NCBI GenBank assembly: GCA_040256005.1
Contig: JBDZWC010000038.1
Coordinates: 1 to 22,702, forward strand
DNA length: 22,702 bases
Direction of reading: 5' to 3'
Source: Deinococcaceae bacterium
GTDB lineage: Bacteria; Deinococcota; Deinococci; Deinococcales; Trueperaceae
Shown: positions 7,794 to 17,094 of the stretch, piece by piece
How the letters are laid out: each line of letters starts with the position of its first letter
How positions within the stretch are numbered: the stretch's first letter is position 1
Program-made: the position numbers and the translations under genes
The notes under the pieces: model-generated
Seen by the model: only the letters and a program-made list of their open reading frames with translations
Database searches by the model: none
Told to the model about the DNA's origin: nothing

Positions 7794-9113
7794 ATGCGTC
7801 CCGCGGCCGTCCTCAGCGTGGGCCGGATGGTGCACGGCGGCGTCGCTCTATCCCGGCTCGACACAGGCGAGGTCGTGCTCGTAACAGGGGCGCTGCCAGG
7901 CGAGGTCGTCGCCGTCGCTCTCGAACGGCGCAAGGGCGTGCTCAGGGGCACTGCCGTCGAGGTGCTCGAGCCGTCCGCCCACCGCGTAGGTCCGCCCGCT
8001 CATCCAGCGCTCGACTACGGACACATCGCCTACGACCACCAGTTGGAGCTGAAGCGCACGGTGGTGATGGACGCCTTGAGCCGCGCGTTCGGTGTGAGCG
8101 GGCTCGACAGCGAGCCCAACGACGAGCTCGGGCTGCCGGCGGTACCGCCCGTGGTGCCGTCCCCGCGGGTCTGGGGCTACCGCAACGTGGTGCAGCCGGC
8201 CGTCGTGATGAACGGCGGCGAGGGCGTGCGCTTGGGCTACAGACGCAGGGGCTCGGGCGAGGTCGTCCCGCTGGATACAGACCCGGTGGCCACGCCAGCC
8301 GTCGACGCGGCCTTCAAGACCGTCCGCGACGCGCTAGCCGGCTACGGGAACTCCCACCCGTCCATGCCCCGGGTCGAAGAGGTCGTGATACGGGCGAACG
8401 ACGAGGGTGAGTCGCTCGTCGCGCTCGTGGGACCGGGTCGAGGTGCCGCGGCCCTGGACCTGGGGCACGACCTAGTCAGGGCCGGGGTCACCGGAGTCGC
8501 CTGGGCAGAAGCCGATCCGAGGGGGAGGTTCAGGCGCGGTATCGAGCGGCTCGCGGGCAGGCGGACCGTGCTGCAGCGTTTCAACCACCTGTCCCTGAGC
8601 GTCTCGGCGACCACGTTCTCGCAGCCGAACCCTCTCGGGGCCGCGGGGCTGTACCGCGAGCTCGCGTCGTGGGCCGGACCCGGCGATGCGGCGCTCGACC
8701 TGTTCGCCGGCGGCGGCGCGATCGCTTTCCACCTGGCAGGTGAGTTTCGAAGCGTCACGGCGCTGGAGATCGACCGAGGAGCCGTGGCTCGCGGCGCGGC
8801 GGACGCGCAGCGTCTGGGGATCGAGAACGTCGGCTTCGTGAGGGCCGATGCGGGGCGCCTAGACCCGCCCGCGGGCATCGAGCTCGTCGTCGTCGACCCT
8901 CCCCGGGCCGGCCTGTCGGCCGACCTGCGCGACGCCCTGATCGCGGGGACCTTCGAGAGGCTCATCTACGTCTCGTGTGACGCCGCGACCTGGGCCCGGG
9001 ACGTGGCTGACCTGCATCTGCGCGGCCTGCACCTGCGGCGTGTGCTCCCCTACGACCTCTACCCACACACTCACCATGTCGAGCTCCTCTCGCTTCTGGA
9101 GCGCGCCGCGTGA
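7794..9113 (+). CDS. RNA (uracil-5)-methyltransferase, RlmD/RumA/TrmA family, with TRAM domain
   Basis: TRAM-like N-terminus (GALPGEVV), [18 protein letters not shown] (SAM binding), [13 protein letters not shown] (catalytic Cys) and PHTHHVE. Confidence 0.9.
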   Translation: MRPAAVLSVGRMVHGGVALSRLDTGEVVLVTGALPGEVVAVALERRKGVLRGTAVEVLEPSAHRVGPPAHPALDYGHIAYDHQLELKRTVVMDALSRAFGVSGLDSEPNDELGLPAVPPVVPSPRVWGYRNVVQPAVVMNGGEGVRLGYRRRGSGEVVPLDTDPVATPAVDAAFKTVRDALAGYGNSHPSMPRVEEVVIRANDEGESLVALVGPGRGAAALDLGHDLVRAGVTGVAWAEADPRGRFRRGIERLAGRRTVLQRFNHLSLSVSATTFSQPNPLGAAGLYRELASWAGPGDAALDLFAGGGAIAFHLAGEFRSVTALEIDRGAVARGAADAQRLGIENVGFVRADAGRLDPPAGIELVVVDPPRAGLSADLRDALIAGTFERLIYVSCDAATWARDVADLHLRGLHLRRVLPYDLYPHTHHVELLSLLERAA

Positions 9114-9132
9114 ACGGATATGCTCTCTCCCG

Positions 9133-9939
9133 GTGCTCGCGAAGCGGATCATCCCCTGCCTGGACGTCCACGATGGGCGGGTCACGCGCGGTCAGCAGTT
9201 CGGGCGGGCCGAGCTCGGCGAGTTGACCGACGTCGGTGACCCCGTGGCGCTGGCCATCGAGTACGACCGCCAGGGGGCCGACGAGCTGGTCTTCTACGAC
9301 ATCACGGCGACGGTGGAGGGGCGCGGAGCCATAGTGGGCGTGCTGACCCAGGTGGCCGAGCGTTGCTTCATGCCGCTCACGGCGGGGGGCGGCGTGCGGA
9401 CCATCGATGACGTGCGGGCGCTGACCCTGGCGGGCGCAGACAAGGTCTCGATCAACTCGGGGGCGCTGGCCGATCCCGAGCTGTTGCGCCGCGCCTCCGA
9501 CCACTACGGGTCTCAAGCCGTGGTGCTCTCAGTGGACTACCGCGCCAGGCCGGGCGGCGGTGGGTGGGAGGTGTACGCCGCCGGCGGCCGCACAGGCACC
9601 GGTCTCGACCTTCTCGCCTGGGTGGCGAGGGGCCAGGCGTTGGGTGCCGGGGAGGTCGTGCTCAACAGCATCGACGCGGACGGTATGGGCACCGGCTACG
9701 ACCTGGAGGCCGTCAGGGCTGTCGCCGCCGAGGTGGACGTGCCGGTGGTGGCGTCAGGGGGTGCTGCCGGTCCGGAGGACATGCGCGACGTGCTGCTCCT
9801 CGCCGGAGCGGACGCGGCGCTGGCCGCCGGTGTGTTCCACCGTGGCGAGACGACCGTGATGGAGGTCAAGCGCGTCTGCCTCACGGCCGGCCTCGTCATA
9901 AGACCGCCGGAGGAGGGCGTGAGTGCGCATGTCGCCTGA
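9133..9939 (+). CDS. hisF: Imidazole glycerol phosphate synthase cyclase subunit
   Basis: GTG start giving (M)[48 protein letters not shown] and PVVASGGA. Confidence 0.95.
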   Translation: MLAKRIIPCLDVHDGRVTRGQQFGRAELGELTDVGDPVALAIEYDRQGADELVFYDITATVEGRGAIVGVLTQVAERCFMPLTAGGGVRTIDDVRALTLAGADKVSINSGALADPELLRRASDHYGSQAVVLSVDYRARPGGGGWEVYAAGGRTGTGLDLLAWVARGQALGAGEVVLNSIDADGMGTGYDLEAVRAVAAEVDVPVVASGGAAGPEDMRDVLLLAGADAALAAGVFHRGETTVMEVKRVCLTAGLVIRPPEEGVSAHVA

Positions 9940-10630
9940 CGGTCTGGACGGCATCGCCTTCGATGAGCGGGGTCTCGTGCCGGTGGTGGTGCAGGAGGTC
10001 GCGACCGGCGTTGTGCTCATGCTGGCGTGGGCGGACTCGGAGGCGCTCACAGCGACGCTGGAGACGCGGTTCGCCCACTACCACAGCCGCTCCCGCGACG
10101 AGCTGTGGCGCAAGGGCGCCACCAGCGGCAACGTCCAACGCGTCGCGGCGGTGCGCTACGACTGCGACGCCGACGCCGTCCTCTACCTAGTGGACCAGAC
10201 CGGCCCCGCCTGCCACACCGGTGAGCCCAGCTGCTTCCACCGTTCCCTTCTCGAGGCCGCCGCCTCCAGCCCGGCCCTGCAGCCCGCGCCCAGCGAGCGC
10301 GCAGCCGGCGGCGCAGGCGGCATAGCAGAAGCGATGCGCACGCTGGTCTCCGTCGTTCGCGACCGCCTGGAGACGCTGCCGGAGGGCTCGTACGTGGCGC
10401 GGCTCCACGAGAGCGGCATCGGCTATGTGGCGCAGAAGGTCGTCGAAGAGGCGGGGGAGACCGTCGTCGCCGCCCTGCAGTCGCAGCGCGACGAGCTCCG
10501 TGGCGAGGCGGCCGACCTGCTCTTCCATCTGACCGTGTTGCTGAGCGAGTCCGGCGTCGAGTGGGACGAGGTGGGCGGCACCCTGCTCTCCAGACACCGG
10601 CAGACGCAGGAAGGCGCATCCGACACGTAA
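9923..10630 (+). CDS. hisIE: Bifunctional phosphoribosyl-AMP cyclohydrolase / phosphoribosyl-ATP pyrophosphatase
   Basis: [32 protein letters not shown], then KVVEEAGE and [18 protein letters not shown]; start GTG 9923 or ATG 9929. Confidence 0.95.
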   Translation: MRMSPDGLDGIAFDERGLVPVVVQEVATGVVLMLAWADSEALTATLETRFAHYHSRSRDELWRKGATSGNVQRVAAVRYDCDADAVLYLVDQTGPACHTGEPSCFHRSLLEAAASSPALQPAPSERAAGGAGGIAEAMRTLVSVVRDRLETLPEGSYVARLHESGIGYVAQKVVEEAGETVVAALQSQRDELRGEAADLLFHLTVLLSESGVEWDEVGGTLLSRHRQTQEGASDT

Positions 10631-10642
10631 GCTCGGGTACCC

Positions 10643-11683
10643 ATGCGCCACAGCTCGACGTTCTCGATATTCCTGTGCGTACTCGCGCTGGTCGCCTGCG
10701 CGCCCAGGGCGGCATCGCCGGAGGAGCTGGCGCGCGCGGCGGCCAGACCGCCGGCGGCTACTCCCCCCTCCTCCGGTTTCGTGCCCACCGCACCAGCATC
10801 CGAGGGGGAGGCCAGGCGTAGGGACGAGGGGACGCCGGACCTCGTGATCATCGCGTTCTCGGGCCACTGCGGGCTGGTCTGCCACACGAGGAACACCTGG
10901 TCCTACCTAGACTCCGCCAGCGAACGCACCGGCGGGGTCGCCGTGCTGGACGCGATCGCCGGCGCGTACGAGCAGTTGGGCCTGGAGGTGGAGGTCTTCA
11001 GTGCCTCATCGTTCGTGACGGCGCACTACAGCGGCATCTCGCAGGAGATGGAGCCCGGTTACCTCCAGGCCCAGGCGTACCTCGACGAGGTCAAGCGCGA
11101 ACTGATCCAGGGCGTCAGTGACCCGACCCGCGTCGTCCTGGTGGGCCACTCCCATGGCACGGTGTGGGCCTCGCTGCTCGCCCTCAACAACCTCGACGTC
11201 ACGTTCGACGCGTTCATATCGCTGGACGCGATCTGTTGGCAGTGGTGGGGCAGGCACAAGGGTTTCATCGCCGACGCGTACGTGAACAGCCCGTGGCCGC
11301 TGCCGTTCCCCCTCGACAAAGGCGACCCCTGCGGCACCTTCGCCGTGCCGGGAGCCGGCCTCGTCAACGTGAACGACGTCGTCAGCGCCAACGTGATCTT
11401 CGGCCTGGAGGCGCGGACGCACCTCAGGCTGCTCTCGTTCGACCCGAACTTCCTGGCCGATGACGACCCCAACGTACGCATCAACGGCACGACGACGAAC
11501 ATCTGGGGGATCAGCGCCCGCGAGGGCCACTCGGACCTGGGCCGCTACTACAACGCATCGATCGGCTGGATCACGGCCATGATCACCGCCCTGGGCCTGC
11601 CCGACCACGCCGACTACCCCATGAGCGCGTTCGTCCTGCCGCCGGCCCCGGAGGAGTTCGACTACCAAGACGGTGGTGACTGA
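10643..11683 (+). CDS. Putative lipoprotein with alpha/beta-hydrolase fold
   Basis: Lipobox LVA-C19, Pro/Ala linker, nucleophile elbow VVLVGHSHG, FISLDA strand and a late GHSD His. Confidence 0.7.
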   Translation: MRHSSTFSIFLCVLALVACAPRAASPEELARAAARPPAATPPSSGFVPTAPASEGEARRRDEGTPDLVIIAFSGHCGLVCHTRNTWSYLDSASERTGGVAVLDAIAGAYEQLGLEVEVFSASSFVTAHYSGISQEMEPGYLQAQAYLDEVKRELIQGVSDPTRVVLVGHSHGTVWASLLALNNLDVTFDAFISLDAICWQWWGRHKGFIADAYVNSPWPLPFPLDKGDPCGTFAVPGAGLVNVNDVVSANVIFGLEARTHLRLLSFDPNFLADDDPNVRINGTTTNIWGISAREGHSDLGRYYNASIGWITAMITALGLPDHADYPMSAFVLPPAPEEFDYQDGGD

Positions 11684-11719
11684 GCCCACAGGCTCACTTG
11701 GTCGCGGCATCATGGGCTC

Positions 11720-12754
11720 ATGCCTCAGACACGAGCGCCGGCGGCGACGCAGATGGAAGACTTCGACGCACGCAGTCACTACCTCGAGAGGGCCCTGGTA
11801 CTGGACACGGTCAGGGTGACCGAGCAGGCCGCGATCGCCGCCAGCCGCGTGGCCGGCAAGGGTGACTCCGACCTCGTCGACCAGGCGGGCACCGACGCCA
11901 TGCGGTCGGTGCTCAACGAGCTCGAGATCGATGGCGAGATCGTCATAGGCGAGGGTGAGCGCGACGAGGCGCCCATGCTCTACATCGGGGAACGCCTGGG
12001 CACGGGCGGGGAAGACGCCTGGCCGGTCGACATCGCCGTGGACCCGGTGGAGGGCACGAGCATCACCGCGCGGATGATCAACAACGCCGTCGCGGTCATC
12101 GCGCTGGCGGAGCGCGGCGGGTTGTTCCAGGCGCCTGATACCTACATGGAGAAGCTGATCGTCGGGCCCCCAGCCCGCGGCAAGGTGGACCTGACCTGGC
12201 CCGTGGCGGCCAACCTCAGAGGCGTGGCCCTGGCCCTGGACCGCGACGTGGACGACCTGACCGTGGTGATCCTCGACCGCGAGCGGCACCGCGACCTGAT
12301 CCGCGAGGTGCGCGAAGCCGGGGCGCGGGTGAAGCTCATAGGCGACGGCGACGTCATCGCGGCCCTGTCCGCCGCGGTCAGGGGCACGAACGTCCACGCG
12401 GTGATGGGCACCGGCGGGGCGCCGGAGGGCGTGCTCGCGGCCGCCGCCCTGAAGTGCCTGGGCGGTGAGATCCACGGCAGGTTCAAGCCGCGCAACGACG
12501 AGGAGCGCAGGCGGCTGGAGGAGAAGGGCGGCTCGGTGGACCGCGTCTACCGCACCGACGACCTCGCCCCCGGCAAGACCATCGTCTTCAGCGCGACCGG
12601 CATCACCGACGGTGACCTGCTCAGGGGCGTCAAGTTCTTCAAGAACGGCGCCAGGACCCACTCGGTGACGATGGGGTACCAGTCACGCGTGATCCGCTTC
12701 ACCGACTCCGTACACCTGCTCGGCGACGGGGCCAGGGTGACGATCCAGGTCTAG
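11720..12754 (+). CDS. glpX: Class II fructose-1,6-bisphosphatase
   Basis: [51 protein letters not shown] and SATGITDG. Confidence 0.97.
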   Translation: MPQTRAPAATQMEDFDARSHYLERALVLDTVRVTEQAAIAASRVAGKGDSDLVDQAGTDAMRSVLNELEIDGEIVIGEGERDEAPMLYIGERLGTGGEDAWPVDIAVDPVEGTSITARMINNAVAVIALAERGGLFQAPDTYMEKLIVGPPARGKVDLTWPVAANLRGVALALDRDVDDLTVVILDRERHRDLIREVREAGARVKLIGDGDVIAALSAAVRGTNVHAVMGTGGAPEGVLAAAALKCLGGEIHGRFKPRNDEERRRLEEKGGSVDRVYRTDDLAPGKTIVFSATGITDGDLLRGVKFFKNGARTHSVTMGYQSRVIRFTDSVHLLGDGARVTIQV

Positions 12755-12784
12755 CGGCTGTTGGTGGCGCCCGGGAGCGCCGCT

Positions 12785-13435
12785 TCAGATCTCCTCGCGG
12801 CGGGGCTCCATGACCTCCATCGTCCGCTTGCCGATGGGGCTGCGCGCCCAGTCGAGGAAGGCCTGCAGCGCGCGCCCGCGGTGGCTGACGGAGCGTTTCT
12901 CGGCGAGTGTCGCCTCGGCGAAGGTCTTGCCCAGCTCGGCGCTCGCGAACACGGGGTCGTAGCCGAAACCGTTGTCGCCCCGCGGTCCCCACGTCACCTC
13001 GCCGCGCGTCTCACCCTCGAACCTGGCGACCTCGCCGCCGGGCGTGGCGAGCACGACCACGCAGCGGAAGGTCGCGCCCCTGCCCTTGCGAGGCACGTCC
13101 TTCATCTCGTCGAGCAGGTGCGCCATGCGCTCACCGTCGGACAGGCCGTCGCCGCCGTAGCGCGCGCTGAAGACCCCCGGCCTCCCTCCCAGGGCGTCGA
13201 CCTCCAGGCCGGAGTCGTCGCCCAGAGCCGGCAGCTTGGTGCGCAGCGCCACGAAGCCGGCCTTGAGCAGGGCGTTCTCCTCGTAGCTGGCGCCGGTCTC
13301 CTCCGGCAAACGGGTCAGCCCCACGTCCCCCAAGCCCAGCAGGTCGAGCTCGAGCCGAGAGAGGGCGTCCTTGAACTCGCGCAGCTTGCCAGGGTTGCCC
13401 GTGGCGACGACCACCCTGAGGCGTTTCGCGCTCAC
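12785..13435 (-). CDS. rdgB: Non-canonical purine NTP pyrophosphatase (RdgB/HAM1)
   Basis: ATGNPGKLRE, ENALLKA, DDSGLEVDALGGRPGVFSAR, GFGYDPVF and SHRGRA. GTG start overlaps the rph TGA. Confidence 0.96.
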   Translation of the reverse strand: MSAKRLRVVVATGNPGKLREFKDALSRLELDLLGLGDVGLTRLPEETGASYEENALLKAGFVALRTKLPALGDDSGLEVDALGGRPGVFSARYGGDGLSDGERMAHLLDEMKDVPRKGRGATFRCVVVLATPGGEVARFEGETRGEVTWGPRGDNGFGYDPVFASAELGKTFAEATLAEKRSVSHRGRALQAFLDWARSPIGKRTMEVMEPRREEI

Positions 13436-14166
13436 TGCGGGCGCCTCCCGAGTTGAGGCCTCACGACGTCCAGGACCCGCTTCACGCCCTCGATGCCGGT
13501 CGCGAGCAGTTCCACGTACCGCTGCGACGGCACCGGAGCGCCTTCGCCCGCTCCCTGCACCTCCACCACATCGCCGTTGGCCGTCGCCACGACGTTGATG
13601 TCCGCCTCGGCGACGACGTCCTCCGCGTAGTCGAGATCCAGCCTCTGCTCGCCCGCCACGACGCCGACGCTGACGGCGCCCACCTCGTACCTGAGAGGCC
13701 ACTCGTCCAGCCCGCCGGCGAAGACCAGGCGGTCGGCGGCCTCGTGGAGCGCGGCGTAGGCCGCCACCACACCAGCGCACCTGGTGCCGCCGTCGGCCGT
13801 GATCACGTCTACGTCAACGGTGATCGTCTTGCCCTTGAACATGCTGAGGTCGACGGTGCTGCGCATCGCCCGGCCGATCAGACGCTGGATCTCCTGCGTC
13901 CTGCCGCTCGCGTAGAGGCGCTCTCGCGGCGACCTGTCCGCGGTGCTGCGAGGCAGCAGCGCGTACTCGGCGGTGAGCCAGCCGGTCTTGCCGGCGGACC
14001 CTCGGAGGTGAGGCGGCAGCTTCGACTCGATGGTCACGCTGGCCACGACGCGCGTGGCGCCCCACTCGACTAGAGCGGAGCCCTCGGCGTGCGGCATGTA
14101 ACCGTTCTTGACTCGTATGGGGCGCAGCTGCGTGGCTAGCCTAGCGGCGCGGGAAGGTACCTTCAT
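13432..14166 (-). CDS. rph: Ribonuclease PH
   Basis: AEGSALVEWG, GWLTAEYALLPRST, GRTQEIQRLIGR, ADGGTR and LDLDYAED; classic rph-rdgB pair. Confidence 0.95.
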   Translation of the reverse strand: MKVPSRAARLATQLRPIRVKNGYMPHAEGSALVEWGATRVVASVTIESKLPPHLRGSAGKTGWLTAEYALLPRSTADRSPRERLYASGRTQEIQRLIGRAMRSTVDLSMFKGKTITVDVDVITADGGTRCAGVVAAYAALHEAADRLVFAGGLDEWPLRYEVGAVSVGVVAGEQRLDLDYAEDVVAEADINVVATANGDVVEVQGAGEGAPVPSQRYVELLATGIEGVKRVLDVVRPQLGRRPQ

Positions 14167-14271
14167 GTCTGCCTGAGTGCCCCCGTAACGCGCCGTTTCG
14201 CGGCACGCGCCAAGCTTACCAGGGTCGGCGCGTTGACACGGTCCCGCTGGCTGGCTGACATAACCTTGAGC

Positions 14272-14973
14272 ATGGCGTTCCTGGACGAAGGACTCAAACA
14301 GCAGGTGACCGAGGTGCTGGCGCCCCTGACCGAACGGGTCGAGGTGGTCGTCTTCCGCGGCACGAAGCTCGTCGTGCCGGGTCGGGACGAGCCGGGGGAG
14401 GAGCGGGCGATGCTCGACCTCCTGCGCGAGGTAGCCGAGACGAACGAGAACATCACGGTGATCGAGAAGCCGTTGTCCGGCGACCAAGACGCGGCTGCGG
14501 CCGGTATCACCCTGACCCCCACCACGGTGTTCAGGCGCGAGGGCTCGACCGACCTGAACCTGCGGTTCGTCGGCCTCATGAGCGGTTACGAGTTCAGCAC
14601 CCTGCTCGAGACGATCCTGATGGTCGGTGGCCAGCGCGACGTCTCGGGCCTGGACGACGTGAGCGCGATACAGACCCCGCTGCGGCTGCGCACGTTCGTG
14701 ACGCCCACCTGCCCGCACTGTCCGCGGGCCGTCCTGACCGCGTTCCGCTTCGCGCTCAGCAACCCCCTGATCACGGCCGAGGGGATCGAAGCGAACGAGT
14801 TCCCGACGCTCTCGTCGGGCTACCGGATCTCCGGGGTCCCGGACACCATCGTCGAGGGGGGCGCGGGCTCGACCGGGGTGAAGGCGACGCGCGTGCTCGG
14901 CGCGCAACCGGAGGCGGCCTTCGTCCAGGCGCTGCGCCAGGCGACGACCACCGCGGGGGCCGCCGCCGACTGA
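14272..14973 (+). CDS. Protein disulfide oxidoreductase (PDO / AhpF-NTD-like, two thioredoxin folds)
   Basis: RFVGLMSGYEFSTLLE, FVTPTCPHCPRAV, IEANEFP, ISGVPDT (cis-Pro) and GAQPE. TAACCT-N5-ATG upstream. Confidence 0.88.
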   Translation: MAFLDEGLKQQVTEVLAPLTERVEVVVFRGTKLVVPGRDEPGEERAMLDLLREVAETNENITVIEKPLSGDQDAAAAGITLTPTTVFRREGSTDLNLRFVGLMSGYEFSTLLETILMVGGQRDVSGLDDVSAIQTPLRLRTFVTPTCPHCPRAVLTAFRFALSNPLITAEGIEANEFPTLSSGYRISGVPDTIVEGGAGSTGVKATRVLGAQPEAAFVQALRQATTTAGAAAD

Positions 14974-14998
14974 TCACCGCTGCGGGCTCGGTGAAGGA

Positions 14999-15026
14999 AG
15001 CGGCCCTGGCAGATGCCGGGGCCGCT
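14999..15026. terminator. Hairpin between the convergent PDO gene and tRNA-Ser
   Basis: AGCGGCCCTGGC-AGAT-GCCGGGGCCGCT, a 12-bp stem; pyrimidine-rich tail on the minus strand. Confidence 0.65.
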
Positions 15027-15036
15027 CATGCAAATG

Positions 15037-15129
<93 letters not shown>

Positions 15130-15197
15130 AGGTCGCTCGCAGACGGCCGCGCTCGGACGGCGAACCGCCGCCGGGGGCCGGCTCGAGGCCGAACCCG

Positions 15198-15206
15198 AGT
15201 CTACCA
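15198..15206 (-). promoter_or_regulatory. Extended -10 (TGgTAGACT), probable tRNA-Ser promoter
   Basis: Motif lies about 70 nt upstream of the tRNA 5' end. Confidence 0.5.
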
Positions 15207-15241
15207 GACCGACGCGCGGCGGCCCGACAACGGCCCAGCCC

Positions 15242-15625
15242 TCAGGCCGCGGCGCATCTGGGACATGAACCGTAGAGCGTCAACGAGTGGTCCCGCACCC
15301 TGAAGCCGCCCGGCAGCGTCGCGCCCTCGAGCTGCTCAACGGGGCATGAGGCATCCAGCTCGTAGACCTGGCCGCACTCCTCGCAGCTGAAGTGGTGATG
15401 ATGCGCCGGCCGCAGCGGCTCGTAGCGGGTGGTGACCTCGTTGGGGAGGTGCACAGTGGTCACCGCACCCTGCTCGGCCATGTGGCTCAGGTTCCGGTAC
15501 ACGGTAGCCAGGCCCAACCCCGGGTGGAGCCTGGAGGCGCGTTCGTACACCTCGCGGCTCGTGAGCGGGCCAGGCGCCTCGTTGAGCGCCCTCAGGATGG
15601 CGCGCCTTTGAGAGGTCCTGTGCAC
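15242..15625 (-). CDS. Fur-family transcriptional regulator
   Basis: RTSQRRAIL, GLATVYRNL, HHHHFSCEECG and YGSCPRC; TGc-TATCGT-N6-GTG upstream. Confidence 0.93.
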   Translation of the reverse strand: MHRTSQRRAILRALNEAPGPLTSREVYERASRLHPGLGLATVYRNLSHMAEQGAVTTVHLPNEVTTRYEPLRPAHHHHFSCEECGQVYELDASCPVEQLEGATLPGGFRVRDHSLTLYGSCPRCAAA

Positions 15626-15816
15626 GGCCCAACGATAGCAACAGGCGGTTCACGCCCAAGTGGCCACCCGCGACCGATGGGCGACGAAGCGCGTCCACGC
15701 GGCGGCGCTCGCTCCATGGGCGCACGCCGGCGGGTGCGAAGGGATAACTGGACCACCACGCCGGCAGCGCGACACGGTTTACGATGCCGGTCAGGGATGG
15801 AGGGACAGACAGAAGG

Positions 15817-16479
15817 ATGCTAAAGGACCGCGTGGTACTGCTTACGACCCCGGAGGACGTCGACGGTTTCCTGGGTCGTTACCCGACGAGCGTGATCTTC
15901 AAGGCCGGCACCTGCCACAAGACGATGCAGGGCTTCGGCTTCGTTCAGGAGAGGCTCGAGCCTCGCGAAGACCTCATGTGCGGCGTCATCAGGGTCATCG
16001 AGGCCCGCCCCGCCAGCAACCTGGTGGAGGAGAAGACCGGCATCAAGCACGAGTCTCCTCAGGTGATCCTCTTCCGGGACGGCGCAGCCGTCTTCGACAG
16101 GGACAACTGGGAGATAACTCCCGACGCGCTGGCGGAAGGCTTCGGCGCGCTGCCAGAGGGCGCCCCCGTCGTCACGCAGGCCAGCGCCGCGCGGTCGGAC
16201 CTCACGCCCTACGTGGCGCTGCTGGAGCGTTACCTGGGCGGGGAGATCGACGTCTCCGAGTTCGAGTACACGTACACCCACATGTTCAGGGGTGACTCGA
16301 CGCTGCGCCCCGGCCACGAGGTAGAGGTGCTCAACTCCATCTTCGGTGACGTGGACCAGCACATCAACATGCACATGATGATGGCCGGCAAGGCCGACAA
16401 CAGCCAGCTGCGCGGCCGCGCCGAGGCGGCGTACCGCCGGCTCAAGGAGCTTACGGGCGGACAGGTGGCCGCCGGCTAG
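15817..16479 (+). CDS. Monothiol bacilliredoxin BrxC/YtxJ domain with C-terminal helical extension (AbxC-like)
   Basis: IFKAGTCHKT, R..SN and KHESPQVIL motifs of the YtxJ/BrxC family. TCHKT plus an extra C-terminal domain matches Deinococcus AbxC as I recall it. SD GGAGG upstream. Confidence 0.85.
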   Translation: MLKDRVVLLTTPEDVDGFLGRYPTSVIFKAGTCHKTMQGFGFVQERLEPREDLMCGVIRVIEARPASNLVEEKTGIKHESPQVILFRDGAAVFDRDNWEITPDALAEGFGALPEGAPVVTQASAARSDLTPYVALLERYLGGEIDVSEFEYTYTHMFRGDSTLRPGHEVEVLNSIFGDVDQHINMHMMMAGKADNSQLRGRAEAAYRRLKELTGGQVAAG

Positions 16480-16513
16480 TCGAGCGGACCTTCCAGCGAC
16501 AGCCAACCACTGA

Positions 16514-16549
16514 AGCTGCGGCCCGGCGCGCCACGCCCGGGCCGCAGCT
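16514..16549. terminator. Hairpin between convergent genes
   Basis: Perfect 13-bp inverted repeat AGCTGCGGCCCGG (16514-16526) / CCGGGCCGCAGCT (16537-16549). Confidence 0.7.
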
Positions 16550-16558
16550 ACTTGGCGC

Positions 16559-17035
16559 TCAGCGACGGTCCTTGCGTTCGTGGTCTAGGAAACGGTCGAA
16601 CGCGTCGTCCAGGTTGGGGCGCTGCGTGACCGAGGCGTTCGCGCCCCTGTAGTCGTCGTTGCGGCGCTGACGCACCCTGACGCTATCGGCCTCGAGCCTC
16701 TGGGGCGCGACGACCGCGTCGTCGTCAACGTGCGCGCGGACTGCCTGCCGCGCCGACGCCGCGCCCTGTTCCTCGGTCCTCGACCCGCCCCTACCGCGGT
16801 CCTCGGACCTGGCGGGCGCAGCCGCGCCCGTTGGCGTTCCCGCCATGGCGGTCGCGGTGCCCGCGCGCCACACGCCGGTGTGCGGGGCGCCCCTGGTCAG
16901 CGGCACGTAGGACGTCTTCTCTTCGGCCTCGGGCCGTCTGGGCGCCGCGACCCAGGACAGTGCCGCCCAGATCGTGAGGCACAAGGCGATGACGAACAGG
17001 AAGCCGATGAGGAGGAGCGCGACGAGCGGGCTCAC
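16559..17035 (-). CDS. Single-TM membrane-anchored hypothetical protein
   Basis: N-terminal TM helix, disordered middle, short C-terminal helix DDAFDRFLD; TATCCT-N6-GTG upstream. Confidence 0.7.
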   Translation of the reverse strand: MSPLVALLLIGFLFVIALCLTIWAALSWVAAPRRPEAEEKTSYVPLTRGAPHTGVWRAGTATAMAGTPTGAAAPARSEDRGRGGSRTEEQGAASARQAVRAHVDDDAVVAPQRLEADSVRVRQRRNDDYRGANASVTQRPNLDDAFDRFLDHERKDRR

Positions 17036-17094
17036 GTGTCAAGGATACCGGGACTCGGGGTCAGAGCACCGGTGCCTCGTTCACTGCGGTCCCC

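Noticed and set aside
14233..14238. Perfect TTGACA as the -35 of the PDO gene
   Set aside because: It lies 22 nt from the TAACCT -10, too far for a canonical pair, and the hexamer at 17 nt spacing (TGACAT) is a poor -10.
13436..14907. Long N-terminal ORF extensions suggesting fusions (rph to 14907, rdgB to 13780; also hisF from 8977 and dppC from 5080)
   Set aside because: The extensions overlap other real genes; family homology begins at the later starts, several of which show stop/start coupling.
15626..15816. Fur/PerR/Zur operator or small RNA in the fur-abxC intergenic region
   Set aside because: No AT-rich palindrome or convincing structure found; only a possible -10 (TACGAT at 15780-15785).
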